NCBI GenBank assembly: GCA_038728585.1
Contig: JAVYTR010000002.1
Location: 228,354-292,353, forward strand
Direction of reading: 5' to 3'
DNA length: 64,000 nt
DNA from: Conexivisphaerales archaeon
Lineage (GTDB): Archaea > Thermoproteota > Nitrososphaeria > Conexivisphaerales > DTJL01
Notes under the pieces: model-generated
Databases searched by the model: none
What the model was told of the DNA's origin: nothing
Seen by the model: only the letters and a program-made list of their open reading frames with translations
Shown: positions 8,695 to 17,843 of the stretch, piece after piece
How the letters are laid out: the number at the start of each line of letters is the position of its first letter
Position numbering within the stretch: position 1 is the first letter of the stretch
Program-made: the position numbers and the translations under genes

Positions 8695-9813
8695 CTAACT
8701 CAGTAGTCTTTTATAAAGCGAGGCAGTCTGGATTGCTATCCTGTCCCAAGTATATTTTTTCACTTCTTCAGATGCGGCTTTAGAAAATGACTCTGCCTTT
8801 TTCGTATTCGCCAAGAGTTCGTCAATACCTTCAGCCAAAGAGGCTGGATCACCAGGCTCGACAAGCATGCCAAATCTGCCATCTCCCAGTATCTCAGGTA
8901 TCCCACCTACAGAAGAAGCCACCACTGGAGTCCCGAGAACCATCGCCTCCAGTATTACTATCCCGAAAGGCTCGAACCTCGACGGAAGGACAAGAATTTC
9001 AGAGTCTGCAATTAATCGGAGGAGAGAAGTACGTTTCAAGACACCCAGTATTCTCACATTCTGATTCAACCCGTATTTTGAGCATAACTTTTGAATAAAA
9101 GAATAGGAATGTTTGACCTCAGGACCGGCTAGGTAAAGCGTAATATCGCTATGGCCCTTTCTCACAAGCAAAGAGAGCGCCTCAAGCAATATATCCAAAC
9201 CCTTTTGCTGAATGTCCAACCTGCCTGCAAATACTATGGTTCGTGGGTGTTTGGTACTCAGAGCTTTAATCGGTTCGAGTTCGTTCAAGTCAACCCCATT
9301 CGGTATTACTGTTATCTTTTCCTCCGATATTCCTATGGATATTAGGTACATTCTTTCATGACCAGTCAATGCTATTATACAGTCAGCTTCTTTGATACTC
9401 AAGCTTGGAATTATCGCATCGAAAATCTTCTTTGTCAGAATCTGCCTGCCGTAATCAGAGTGGGTTGTTACAACGAAAGGTTTTCTTTTTGAATGAGCAA
9501 TCCACCAGAGGAATGTAGGAAATCGACCAAGACCGTGTGCATGAAATATATCTCCCTTCATCTCGGTAAGCATTCCAGGGGTCACAAGCCCCAATCCTTC
9601 AGGTAATGGCAAGAGCCTTATGCCTCTCCTCAACTTCGCATTGACTTTAGCTTCAGGCTTCAGAAAGATCAAGGGTTCGACAGAATACACGTTAGATGAC
9701 ACAACCTCGGTCTGAATGTTCAGACTGGCAAGCTGCTTGCACAGGTTGTAAATGTGATTCTCGACGCCGCCTACTGCAGGAAAGTATCTGTCAGTAAGAT
9801 GTGTAACTCTCAT
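8695..9813 (-). CDS. family 4 glycosyltransferase (GT-B, Glycos_transf_1)
   Basis: N-terminus 'FPAVGGVENH' and EX7E motif 'PSRFEPFGIVILEAMVLGTPVVAS'. The ORF extends to 9951, but the ATG at 9813 (MRVTHLTDRYF) fits the family N-terminus. Confidence 0.85.
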   Translation of the reverse strand: MRVTHLTDRYFPAVGGVENHIYNLCKQLASLNIQTEVVSSNVYSVEPLIFLKPEAKVNAKLRRGIRLLPLPEGLGLVTPGMLTEMKGDIFHAHGLGRFPTFLWWIAHSKRKPFVVTTHSDYGRQILTKKIFDAIIPSLSIKEADCIIALTGHERMYLISIGISEEKITVIPNGVDLNELEPIKALSTKHPRTIVFAGRLDIQQKGLDILLEALSLLVRKGHSDITLYLAGPEVKHSYSFIQKLCSKYGLNQNVRILGVLKRTSLLRLIADSEILVLPSRFEPFGIVILEAMVLGTPVVASSVGGIPEILGDGRFGMLVEPGDPASLAEGIDELLANTKKAESFSKAASEEVKKYTWDRIAIQTASLYKRLLS

Positions 9814-9862
9814 CGTTGACCTGTTCATGTTAATGGGTAAATATAAGGCAAGCATACATTTT

Positions 9863-10793
9863 ATGTCTTTGAGAAGGAATTCGGTTTCGATAGTTATACC
9901 CACCCATAACAGGTACAAGAAACTCAGGTCGCTTTTGGAGAGCATAAACATTTTTTCTGCCGGTCTTGTAGATGAAGTGATAGTTGTTGATGACTCTCAA
10001 CCATTATCGGTCCTGCCTGTGTTAGGAGGGGATGTAATATTAAATCATATTCAGCTAAAGGAGAGAGTATACATATCAAGGGCGAAAAACTTGGGATGGA
10101 AAAATGCCAGGTCAGAATACGTATACTTTATCGACGATGACAACCTGGTTTGTGAATCAACGATAAAGCCATTGGTGGATATAATGGAAAGCCGAGAAGA
10201 CATAGGAGCTCTAATGCCTGCTGTGCTTTATAAAAAGAGGCCGGATATTGTATGGGTATATTCCATACCATTTAAGCCAAGTAGATGGGGCTTCTGTCTT
10301 ATTGGTAGAAATCAACGTAGAGATGCTGCTCTAGAAGGAAGACTGTTGAATACCGATGCACTTCCGAACGCTTGCCTGGTCAGGTCCAAAGTCTTAGAAG
10401 AGATAGGTGGGTTTAACGAGAGCCTAGCTGTCAACAGTTCCGCTGAATTCTGTTTACGTATAAAGGAAAAAAGGCTGGAAGGTCTTCTCTTGCACAAATA
10501 GTTTTATCTTCCACGACACCGAACCGCCAGGAGCAATAGGATGGTGGGCCGCACACGGTACTGCTGATGCGGAGCGAGTAGCTATAGAAGTTGCCGACTG
10601 GTTTAAACTGATGAAGATACTTCACAGTAACATCAATCTCTTTGCAATAGAAGCTTCGATAAGGTCGTTGGGTTTCCTGTTACCCAACTTGCTGGCTTAT
10701 TTAATTAGAGGAGGTAACTCGAAGTGGCTTTTACTTAAGAAACAGGTCCGCGGATATGTAGATGGAATTATCAGCAGGCCATCCAAATATTGA
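9863..10793 (+). pseudogene. family 2 glycosyltransferase interrupted by a +1 frameshift in an A6 run
   Basis: ORF 9827..10501 ('SIVIPTHNRYKKL','VVDDSQ','FIDDDN') ends 'RIKEKRLEGLLLHK*'. Shifting one base at A6 (10467..10472) gives 'KEKGWKVFSCTNSFIFHDTEPPGA...', which continues through ORF 10611..10793 to a full-length GT2 of ~310 aa. Confidence 0.75.
10467..10472 (+). repeat. A6 homopolymer at the GT2 frameshift site
   Basis: Sequence 'aaggAAAAAAggctgg'. An A5 tract would restore the GT2 frame. Confidence 0.9.
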
Positions 10794-11457
10794 AGAAAAG
10801 TTGAGAAGTTTCTTTACCGACAAAATAGGAACGTAAATATGAGATTTACCTAGCTACTCCCTTACGAAGAGCGAAACGAATGCTCATAAAGACTTCTGTT
10901 TGGTTATAGCCTTGGTTTTTCAGCTTTAAACCTTCCTGAGATTTACTGACCGTATAGGTTAGCAATGTCAGACGAATTTATTCCACCCGGAGGATGATGC
11001 CTGGACAGTAACTAAAAATAGAGCATCATGACAACTGAACTGAACTGTTCTCACCCTTTAGTCTAAGCAGTGTCATTATGCATCTGCTCTGAAGAGTTGC
11101 TTCAGATCAGATAAAGGTACTTGGAACCCTGTATTTTTAGTCAAAGGTAAGCAATCAATACACGTGGTTAAGTTCTTCAGTAAGCATGTTATCCTTTTTT
11201 CCTCTGGAATAACTAATCATGTTAGCATGGCAAATTTGTGGTCTGCTCCTATGAATTGTTCACAGGTACACCCGAGTTGAAAGTGAGCTTAAAAAGAGAA
11301 ATAATCTCCGCTCCATCCTGTATGAAGTATTTAGGTGGTCGACTTAGCAATCACAGAGGACAAGCAGGTAGGATTTTTACCTTTGGACGTAAATCTAACA
11401 TTTAACACTCTAACCATGGTTTCTGAAAGGCGTACTTTTGTTATACACTCAAATTAT

Positions 11458-12837
11458 CTAAATTTTCCTTTCCCGTCTAGCTTTCCTGATGCTAAGACTA
11501 AAGAAAAAGATTGCGGCTGCGGTTACAAGCGCCAAGACTCCTATCTGTAGATCTGGTACAAGATACTGGTCGGGCGAGGTAACAAGGGACCCGGTTCTTT
11601 GATATGGTAGTTGGTTAAGGGGAATCTGGAGAGGTATTGGGTATTTGGCATAGGAGAAGTTACCGTTTGAACTGAGAATTAACGGTGCCCTTGGCTCTCC
11701 CTCGAAATAAAACATATCTAGAGGAAGATTCGCTTGAGCCACTGCTGAATTAAGAGGTCTGAGCTTCCAGTTATACTCAATGAAATGAGTTATCGAAAGA
11801 TGAGATAACAGGGTTTCAGATACATAGTTCTCTTTAGCGTAGGGAGAAATCACGATAAACGGAACTCGCTGTCCATAAGATAAAAGCGGATAACTGAAAT
11901 TTTTGTTCAAACTCATAATCTGTGGAGGGGAGACATGGTCAAAATAACCGCCCCCTTCATCATACGTGAGAAAGATTGCTGAGCTGTTCCAATATTTGCT
12001 GTTCATTACTGCATTTATTATTGAGACGGCCCAAACCTCGCCTTCCGTTACGTTATATGGTGGATGCTCATCTAATGCCCTGGTGCCGATTGACGAAACG
12101 AAACTTACAGCAGGTAGACCATTTCCAGTAGTCAAATAGTGCATTAAGGAAGATAGGTTCTGTACGTTTTGTTGAGGTAGTCCTGCTATGTATACCAAGG
12201 GATATACTTGGGCTGCACCACCAAAACCTGTCAAATCCTCAAAATATGCCCAGCTGATTCCGGCTGTAGTTAGCTGACTGAAAACAGTGTTGTTGAAATT
12301 CAGGTAAGGAGGAGGACCATAATTACCAGAGACAACGGATTCGCCAGCAATCACAGACAACCTATTCGGAACTGTAGTAGCTAGATAGGTTGAAAAGTAA
12401 TTGTCAGCTATGGCGTATTCTTCGGCATAATCCCAATAGGCTGCTAATTGATGATAGTCATAATAGGCCATTGACTGCGGCCCAGAATACATTGCAAATC
12501 CATCCATTGCTCCATTGTTAACATCCTCTTCATAGACCAGCTGTCCTTCATAAGGGTCGACTGTGTTCGATGCATCTGCATAATAGGGCTTAATGCAGGA
12601 TCTTCCATAGGGCAGGCAAGTACCGTTAGGGATTCCGTTCACAGGTTCTAGCTGAGAAGCGATAGGGGCTGATATTGTACCGTTCGCTGTAGGATATGTT
12701 CCAAAATAATTGTCAAAGCTGTGATTTTCCTGCATGATTACGATAAGATGACTAATAGGAGTTTGAGTTTCTGCAGCCAAAGTACTTTGTGGAAAGGTCA
12801 TTGTAATGAGAATGAGAATGATGTATAACTGCTTCAA
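11458..12837 (-). CDS. secreted phosphoesterase-family enzyme (phospholipase C / acid phosphatase AcpA type) with C-terminal membrane anchor
   Basis: Signal peptide 'MKQLYIILILITMTFPQSTLAAE', hallmark 'LIVIMQENHSFDNYFGTYP' and 'TYDEGGGYFDHVSPP'. The C-terminus is 'VPDLQIGVLALVTAAAIFFFSLSIRKARRERKI' (TM plus basic tail). Confidence 0.85.
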   Translation of the reverse strand: MKQLYIILILITMTFPQSTLAAETQTPISHLIVIMQENHSFDNYFGTYPTANGTISAPIASQLEPVNGIPNGTCLPYGRSCIKPYYADASNTVDPYEGQLVYEEDVNNGAMDGFAMYSGPQSMAYYDYHQLAAYWDYAEEYAIADNYFSTYLATTVPNRLSVIAGESVVSGNYGPPPYLNFNNTVFSQLTTAGISWAYFEDLTGFGGAAQVYPLVYIAGLPQQNVQNLSSLMHYLTTGNGLPAVSFVSSIGTRALDEHPPYNVTEGEVWAVSIINAVMNSKYWNSSAIFLTYDEGGGYFDHVSPPQIMSLNKNFSYPLLSYGQRVPFIVISPYAKENYVSETLLSHLSITHFIEYNWKLRPLNSAVAQANLPLDMFYFEGEPRAPLILSSNGNFSYAKYPIPLQIPLNQLPYQRTGSLVTSPDQYLVPDLQIGVLALVTAAAIFFFSLSIRKARRERKI

Positions 12838-13039
12838 CAGCCAGAGGAGCCGAATTCTCTTATATCACCGTTGCTTCTCCCCCGCAAGTGTCAGATTGCA
12901 TTCTTATCATGTCTGTTAGCATCATGTTAGTCCTTCTTTGCTTATTGTAAAATGAAAGGAAAAATTTGATACTCAACAATAGCCTAGAAGAGCCCCAGAA
13001 GTAATTTCGGTTTCTTGCATATCGTTGTAGCCAGGATAT

Positions 13040-13552
13040 TGAGCGCGAACGCTGGCTTCATAATTGTCATAGATTCCATGGTCCTTGGCGCATTCCCCAG
13101 AAGTCGCCAAACTTGTAGGTGACCCAAGATTATTCTTCTCTCTGTTCTAAAACATCTGCTAACCTGGCAGGTAGCTAGATCACAACTTTAGCCCCGGGAG
13201 AAGAACTTACCTTGTAACCTCTTGCCGCTGCAAGGCCTGCAAGATATGCACCGTCATTCACAGTTCCAGCAGGAAGGATGGACGGGTACGCTGGTCTCAG
13301 TGCCATTATTTCGTCGTTTTCTTGCAGACGAGTAAGGACCTCGTTAATTGCATTACCCTTCCCTCTTCTTTCTTCCTCGATAATCCCAATAAATCTACTA
13401 TCCTTTGTTGTCATCTTTTCTTTTGCCAATTTTAAGGGCTCAGAGGAGAAGCTAGCAATTATGAAGCAACGACGTAAACGTCTACATGTTGAGTCACAGC
13501 TCAGTATCTCGAGTATCTTGCTTACGTATCTAATGTTAGCGAAGGTAATCAC
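13040..13552 (-). pseudogene. decayed partial copy of the GT2 gene at 7669..8610
   Basis: ORF 13175..13552 aligns to the 7669..8610 protein. 'RFIGIIEEERRGKGNAINEVL' matches 'RFKIVFEEKRRGKYEAINRIL', and 'LPAGTVNDGAYLAG' matches 'LPEGTVNDGAYMAC'. About 90 aa are deleted internally. Homology continues out of frame to ~13040 ('PARLADVLEQRE' vs 'PKRLGDLMKQRR'). Confidence 0.6.
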
Positions 13553-13815
13553 ACCAGCTGTAACATAAACGCATCCTTATTTTCCTGAGGAACCAAGCAA
13601 GCCACCAAGACTTTCTTAAAAGGTAGTAAGAGTGCTTTGTTCCATTTTACGGGCCAGATAAAACGGAACCTCATTAATGGCTTATTTGTGTTTAAAGAGG
13701 GCCCAATGAACAAATATGGTGCCTTCGTCTTCAGAAAAGTCTGGCATGCTCCGACTGGAAGACAAGCTAGAACTTTCACCAAAAGGTTATTAGGACTTTT
13801 TGATTGCGATATTTC

Positions 13816-14682
13816 CTAGTTGTATCTGAACCAAGAACCTTCTCTCAGGTAGGCTAGAGATGCCATAAAGCAGTATTTGTTAGTAAGCATCTTCGTCACC
13901 ATTTTCCTATATTGATGCGCTGCAGCCATGTATGCCATTAAACGTCTGTAAGCTCTCCTTTTTAGCTCCTCGTTTCTAAAGTGACATATTCTGATGTAAC
14001 TTTCTAGTATCTGAACGTGAGTTCTGTGACTTAGCATGTTGTTTAGGGTGGAAATGCTTTCGATGCCGATTCTGTAACCATAAGTCGCCTTTTTCACAAT
14101 AGCAAAGGGGAATCGATAGGCTAGTCTGTATAACATCTCTAAATCTTCAGCGACTTTGAGATCTTCTCTGAAATAACCTACCATTTCAAAATCTCTTTTC
14201 GGGACCATCAGAGCAGAATTTACGATAGACCTTGAAGCAAGAAGGTAATCTAGTATCTTACCCTCGGCCATCGGCGCTCCTCTAGCAAAATGTGAAAGTG
14301 TCTCAACCCTTCCTTTTCTGATGCTGAACCAATCGGAATAGATTACTGCTTGAGGATCGCCATATTCCAAATACCTGCCTAACTGTAGGGAGAGTTTCTC
14401 TGTTGCATATACATCATCCGAATCGAGAAATGCTATCAGTTCCCCTCTTGCTTCTCTTAACCCGATGTTCCTTGCTTTGCTTGGACCCGATCTTTCATTA
14501 AGATAGATCTTCTTAATTCTAGGATCCTTGAATCTTTCTATTTTACTTCTGGAACTGTCGGTTGAATCATCTACCACTATCAATTCCCAGTCTTCGTAGT
14601 TCTGAGAGAGTACGCTCTGTATAGCTTCCTCTATGAATTCTTCTTTGTTATGGTTCGGCATTATTATACTGACTTTGGGCAT
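13816..14682 (-). CDS. family 2 glycosyltransferase
   Basis: 'VSIIMPNHNKEEFIEEAIQSVLSQ', 'LIVVDDSTDSS' and 'AFLDSDD'. It is a paralogue of 35262..36098. The ATG at 14682 is preferred over the ORF start at 14721. Confidence 0.85.
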   Translation of the reverse strand: MPKVSIIMPNHNKEEFIEEAIQSVLSQNYEDWELIVVDDSTDSSRSKIERFKDPRIKKIYLNERSGPSKARNIGLREARGELIAFLDSDDVYATEKLSLQLGRYLEYGDPQAVIYSDWFSIRKGRVETLSHFARGAPMAEGKILDYLLASRSIVNSALMVPKRDFEMVGYFREDLKVAEDLEMLYRLAYRFPFAIVKKATYGYRIGIESISTLNNMLSHRTHVQILESYIRICHFRNEELKRRAYRRLMAYMAAAHQYRKMVTKMLTNKYCFMASLAYLREGSWFRYN

Positions 14683-14819
14683 ATTGCTTCTGCACTTACA
14701 ATAAAGAGGCCAGATAAGCAAGGTCTAATTAAGTTTCTCAAGGCGTGAATCTTCTTTGTTTCTTTCATCAATTTCTGATGATTTTTTCATACCAGAGGTG
14801 AATATCGATATCCATGTTG

Positions 14820-15532
14820 TCTGTCTGTACTTGCCTCTCTTGATCCTGAGGCTGATCAAGAAGATCATCAGAACTATCAAGAATGCTGCAATGCCGGTCT
14901 GCAAATTAGAAACAAGGAACTGGTCGGGGATTGTAACGAGTGAACCAGACGTTTAATACGGCAATTCGTTCAAAGGTATCTGAACGGGTATGGAAGGCTT
15001 GCATATGATAACGGTCCGCTCGGGGTAAGCAGTAAAGGTAGTCTAGGCTGACCTTCAAGGTAGAACATATAGAGTGGAAGGTTGGCCTAAGCTATGGCAG
15101 AGTTCAGCGGTTTAAGTTTCCAGTTGTATTCGATAAAGTGGGTTTATAGAAAGATGTGATAGCAAGGTTTCGGAAACATAGTTCTCCTTTACGAAGCCGT
15201 TCATCAGCCCTTCGTTAACATCCTGTTCGTAGATGAGCTGTCCTTCATAATGATCAACTGTATTTGATGAATCTGCGTAGAAGGCCTTGACGCAGGATTG
15301 GCCGTGCGGGAGACAAATGCCGTAAGGTATCCCGTTTACCGGTTGAAGTTGCAAGGAGATCGGGTCAGAAATAGTACCGTTTGCTGTCGGATAAATGCCA
15401 AAATAATTATCGAAACTATGATTTTCCTGCATGATAATGATTATGTGGGATATAGGTGTCTGTTTCTGCAAACGAAGTATTTTGGGGTAATGTCAGCAGC
15501 AGAGGAAGTGATATGATAAGTACTTGTTGCAT
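14820..15532 (-). pseudogene. decayed copy of the phosphoesterase gene at 11458..12837
   Basis: The signal peptide (ATG at 15532, 'MQQVLIISLPLLLTLPQNTSFAET') is followed by a 2-nt deletion. Next comes 'QTPISHIIIIMQENHSFDNYFGIYPTANGTIS...', roughly 70% identical by eye to the intact gene. About 260 aa are lost at the 'MNGF|VKENYVSETLLSHLS' junction. The C-terminal TM anchor ('GSLVTIPDQFLVSNLQTGIAAFLIVLMIFLISLRIKRGK') survives in another frame. Confidence 0.7.
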
Positions 15533-15748
15533 TACCAGCTGGAGCCGCATCGTTCTATTTCATCGTTTCTTCGCTCGCGCGCTTATAAGATTTGCACTTT
15601 ACTGGGTCTCGGTAAGCTTGGCGGGTAGAAAAGCAGTGTTATATACAATGAGAACGAGGAAAATAATTCCCGAGGTGTATTCTTTGACATAGTTGAGAAT
15701 AACTGCAATTCTTCCGTAATTGATATAATAAAAAACCAGTCAGTGCAT

Positions 15749-15790
15749 GGTAATTACTGAAAACGGTAATTGTTATTAAACAAAATTACC
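15749..15790. promoter_or_regulatory. three GGTAATT motifs (two direct, one inverted) upstream of a wHTH regulator gene; candidate operator
   Basis: GGTAATT at 15749..15755 and 15765..15771, and AATTACC at 15784..15790. An A/T-rich 'aaaaaaatatatatac' tract follows at ~15814..15829. Function is purely inferred. Confidence 0.2.
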
Positions 15791-15930
15791 AATCGTCTAG
15801 AAAAACAAGCGTTAAAAAAATATATATACTTCACCATTTTACAATAAAATTGATCAGATGTATAGGTGTATTTAATGAAAGGGATGAGTTACTGGTCCGG
15901 GACAAATAGAAATACCGGAGGTGAAATTGT

Positions 15931-16242
15931 TTGAGAAAGAGAATGAAGACGGAGATAATATCCAGCCTTCTTGAAGCCTCTTCGATGGGCATACGCAAAA
16001 CTAGGTTAATGTATGCTACCAATCTGAGTTACCAGCTGCTGATAAAGTACACCAGAATGCTCGTGGAGGAAGGACTTCTAGCCTACGATGGAGAGCTTTA
16101 TTATACCACAGAAAAGGGAGCAAGACTTCTGGAGAAACTAAAGCACTATGGCGAACTGAACAGTATGCTGTTGAAGGTCCGTTCAGAACTGGGTAAAGAA
16201 TACGAGTCTTTACTCAATCCAAAGATCGATAAGACCTCTTAG
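15931..16242 (+). CDS. small winged-helix transcription regulator (archaeal COG3432-like wHTH)
   Basis: 'ISSLLEASSMGIRKTRLMYATNLSYQLLIKYTRMLVEEGLLAYDGELYYTTEKGARLLEKL'. It is paralogous to 16878..17192. 'GGAGGTGA' lies 7 nt upstream of the TTG start; an alternative ATG is at 15943. Confidence 0.65.
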   Translation: MRKRMKTEIISSLLEASSMGIRKTRLMYATNLSYQLLIKYTRMLVEEGLLAYDGELYYTTEKGARLLEKLKHYGELNSMLLKVRSELGKEYESLLNPKIDKTS

Positions 16243-16783
16243 AAGATAGCTTGGCTTCTTCCTCCATTTTATTCAATTCGAAATGAGACCTTAGTGCATA
16301 AAATGTGGTAAATGATAAAATGAGCAGGAATACGACCAGAACTATATACAGAGTCAAAATGCTTTCCCTCATAAATGAGGAGAACATGAGGAGAATACTT
16401 TCAGGTAATAATAACCAAGAAAGGACGTAAGCTAACCCGCTATCTGAATTTATCTGCCTCTCAAGAGATCTCACCCTTTCGATTCCAGTGGCTCTTTCAA
16501 GCAGCTGAGCAAGTTCCCAGATAACGGTTTCCAGTCTTTTCAATACAGCATTTACTGTATCGGCTCCTCTCTCAGCTTCCTGAGCCTTGACTGAAGTATA
16601 GTATTTCATCAATTCATCAAGCAATTGAACAGTTTCTCCGGCAGAAAGTATCTGTGTTAGATATGTGAGAAACTCAAGGCTCCTGTCTTCAGTCAACCTT
16701 GATGTTAAACGTGCAGATAGCCTTTTGCTTCTGACCTTGACGTAACGCGTCAGGAAGAGGCTGATTACGGATGCTAGTATCAT
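16214..16783 (-). CDS. hypothetical membrane protein with central coiled-coil
   Basis: 189 aa with a short N-terminal hydrophobic segment, a helical/coiled region ('LKRLETVIWELAQLLERATGIERVRSLERQI') and two C-terminal TM helices. No family recognised. Confidence 0.45.
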   Translation of the reverse strand: MILASVISLFLTRYVKVRSKRLSARLTSRLTEDRSLEFLTYLTQILSAGETVQLLDELMKYYTSVKAQEAERGADTVNAVLKRLETVIWELAQLLERATGIERVRSLERQINSDSGLAYVLSWLLLPESILLMFSSFMRESILTLYIVLVVFLLILSFTTFYALRSHFELNKMEEEAKLSSKRSYRSLD

Positions 16784-16877
16784 GACCGAGGAGAAAAGTA
16801 AAAAGTAAGCATTCAGGACTCCTCAACCCCTATACTATCGCAGATTGATTCAAACCTATTACCTTACTTGGACCGGG

Positions 16878-17192
16878 TTATTCCTGGGGCTTCAGAAATT
16901 CCCTCAATGCCTTTGATTGATCTTGCAGCTGATTTTTCGCCTTAAGAAATTCGTCTAGCCTGGCCAAAAATAATTTGCCCTTCTCGGTCGAAACAAAGAC
17001 CTTCTGCTTGTCATTGTACTCAAGTAGACCCTGCTTCATTAGCACCTGTAAATACCTCTTAAGTTGTCTGGAGTTTAAGGCAGCTCTATACATTATCCTG
17101 GTCTTTATCGCACCGTCTAGAGCCGCTCTAATTATCTCGCCGAGCACTTCTTCCTTGCTTCTTCGCCTGGATTTTCTCTCCATTTTCTCCAA
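16878..17192 (-). CDS. small winged-helix transcription regulator (COG3432-like wHTH)
   Basis: 'GEIIRAALDGAIKTRIMYRAALNSRQLKRYLQVLMKQGLLEYNDKQKVFVSTEKGKLFLARL' has the same architecture as 15931..16242. Confidence 0.65.
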   Translation of the reverse strand: MEKMERKSRRRSKEEVLGEIIRAALDGAIKTRIMYRAALNSRQLKRYLQVLMKQGLLEYNDKQKVFVSTEKGKLFLARLDEFLKAKNQLQDQSKALREFLKPQE

Positions 17193-17369
17193 TACACTTT
17201 TGAAGGTGATTTAGACAAATTATTATACCTATTCGCCCGATGATACGTTATTGATACCTTTTTGCTATATGGTTTAGCGGCGGTTGAACCAGAATCATTC
17301 TTAGTTCTTACCTAATAGTTACAACGAGAACTATTCTTAAACGCATATTATTACGTAAAAGTTTATGGC

Positions 17370-17843
17370 CTAAAGCATCAGGTTCCTGAGAGTTTCTCCT
17401 GCCACCTCTTTGTACACGTCTGTGAGTGCCTGAGCAAACCCTTCTATGAAGTCCTTTCCTCCATCCCTATAAGGACCAGGGATGTAATTCCTCCAGTACC
17501 TTCTGTACTCCATCGCCCTCGAGATAGGCCTAGGTATATCTCCGTCATCCAGCTCAAACTTCATAAGTTCGCTGTTTCGTTCGTCCCATCCTTCAACTAT
17601 CTTTGCTATTTCTCTGTATGGAAGCTCTCTAGCTAAGTCAAGACCCAGTTTGTAGCCTCTTCCGTATTCATCTGTCCTTTCACTCTTCAGCCTAGCGATT
17701 GTGGCTTCGAAGTTAGGCGCGGTTCTGGTAGATATGTAGTCCATAATCGCCTTTCTGCTTACTTCTGACCAGTTGACTTCCTTGAACTTCTCCATAAGCT
17801 GCACCACGTCATCTGGCAGGTAAATTGTTATGTTGCGCCCCAC
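17370..17843 (-). CDS. hypothetical protein with N-terminal ribbon-helix-helix-like segment
   Basis: 'RNITIYLPDDVVQLMEKFKEVNWSEVSRKAIMDYI' shows a strand-helix-helix pattern of CopG/Arc type. The remaining ~110 aa are unassigned. Confidence 0.45.
   Translation of the reverse strand: MGRNITIYLPDDVVQLMEKFKEVNWSEVSRKAIMDYISTRTAPNFEATIARLKSERTDEYGRGYKLGLDLARELPYREIAKIVEGWDERNSELMKFELDDGDIPRPISRAMEYRRYWRNYIPGPYRDGGKDFIEGFAQALTDVYKEVAGETLRNLML

Noticed and set aside
10994-11043. C/D-box sRNA-like arrangement in the 10.8-11.4 kb gap: 'ATGATGc'-11 nt-'CTAA'-9 nt-'ATcATGA'-8 nt-'CTGA', ~50 nt in total.
   Set aside because: The C, D' and C' boxes each carry a mismatch. The second guide spacing (3 or 8 nt) does not fit the ~12-nt rule. 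No terminal stem or k-turn pairing is evident. It would need an Infernal/snoscan-type search and RNA-seq support before being called.
15831-16022. 63-aa minus-strand ORF overlapping the start of the wHTH gene.
   Set aside because: It overlaps the 5' end of a gene with a clear paralogue and runs through an AT-rich promoter-like tract. It has no motifs.
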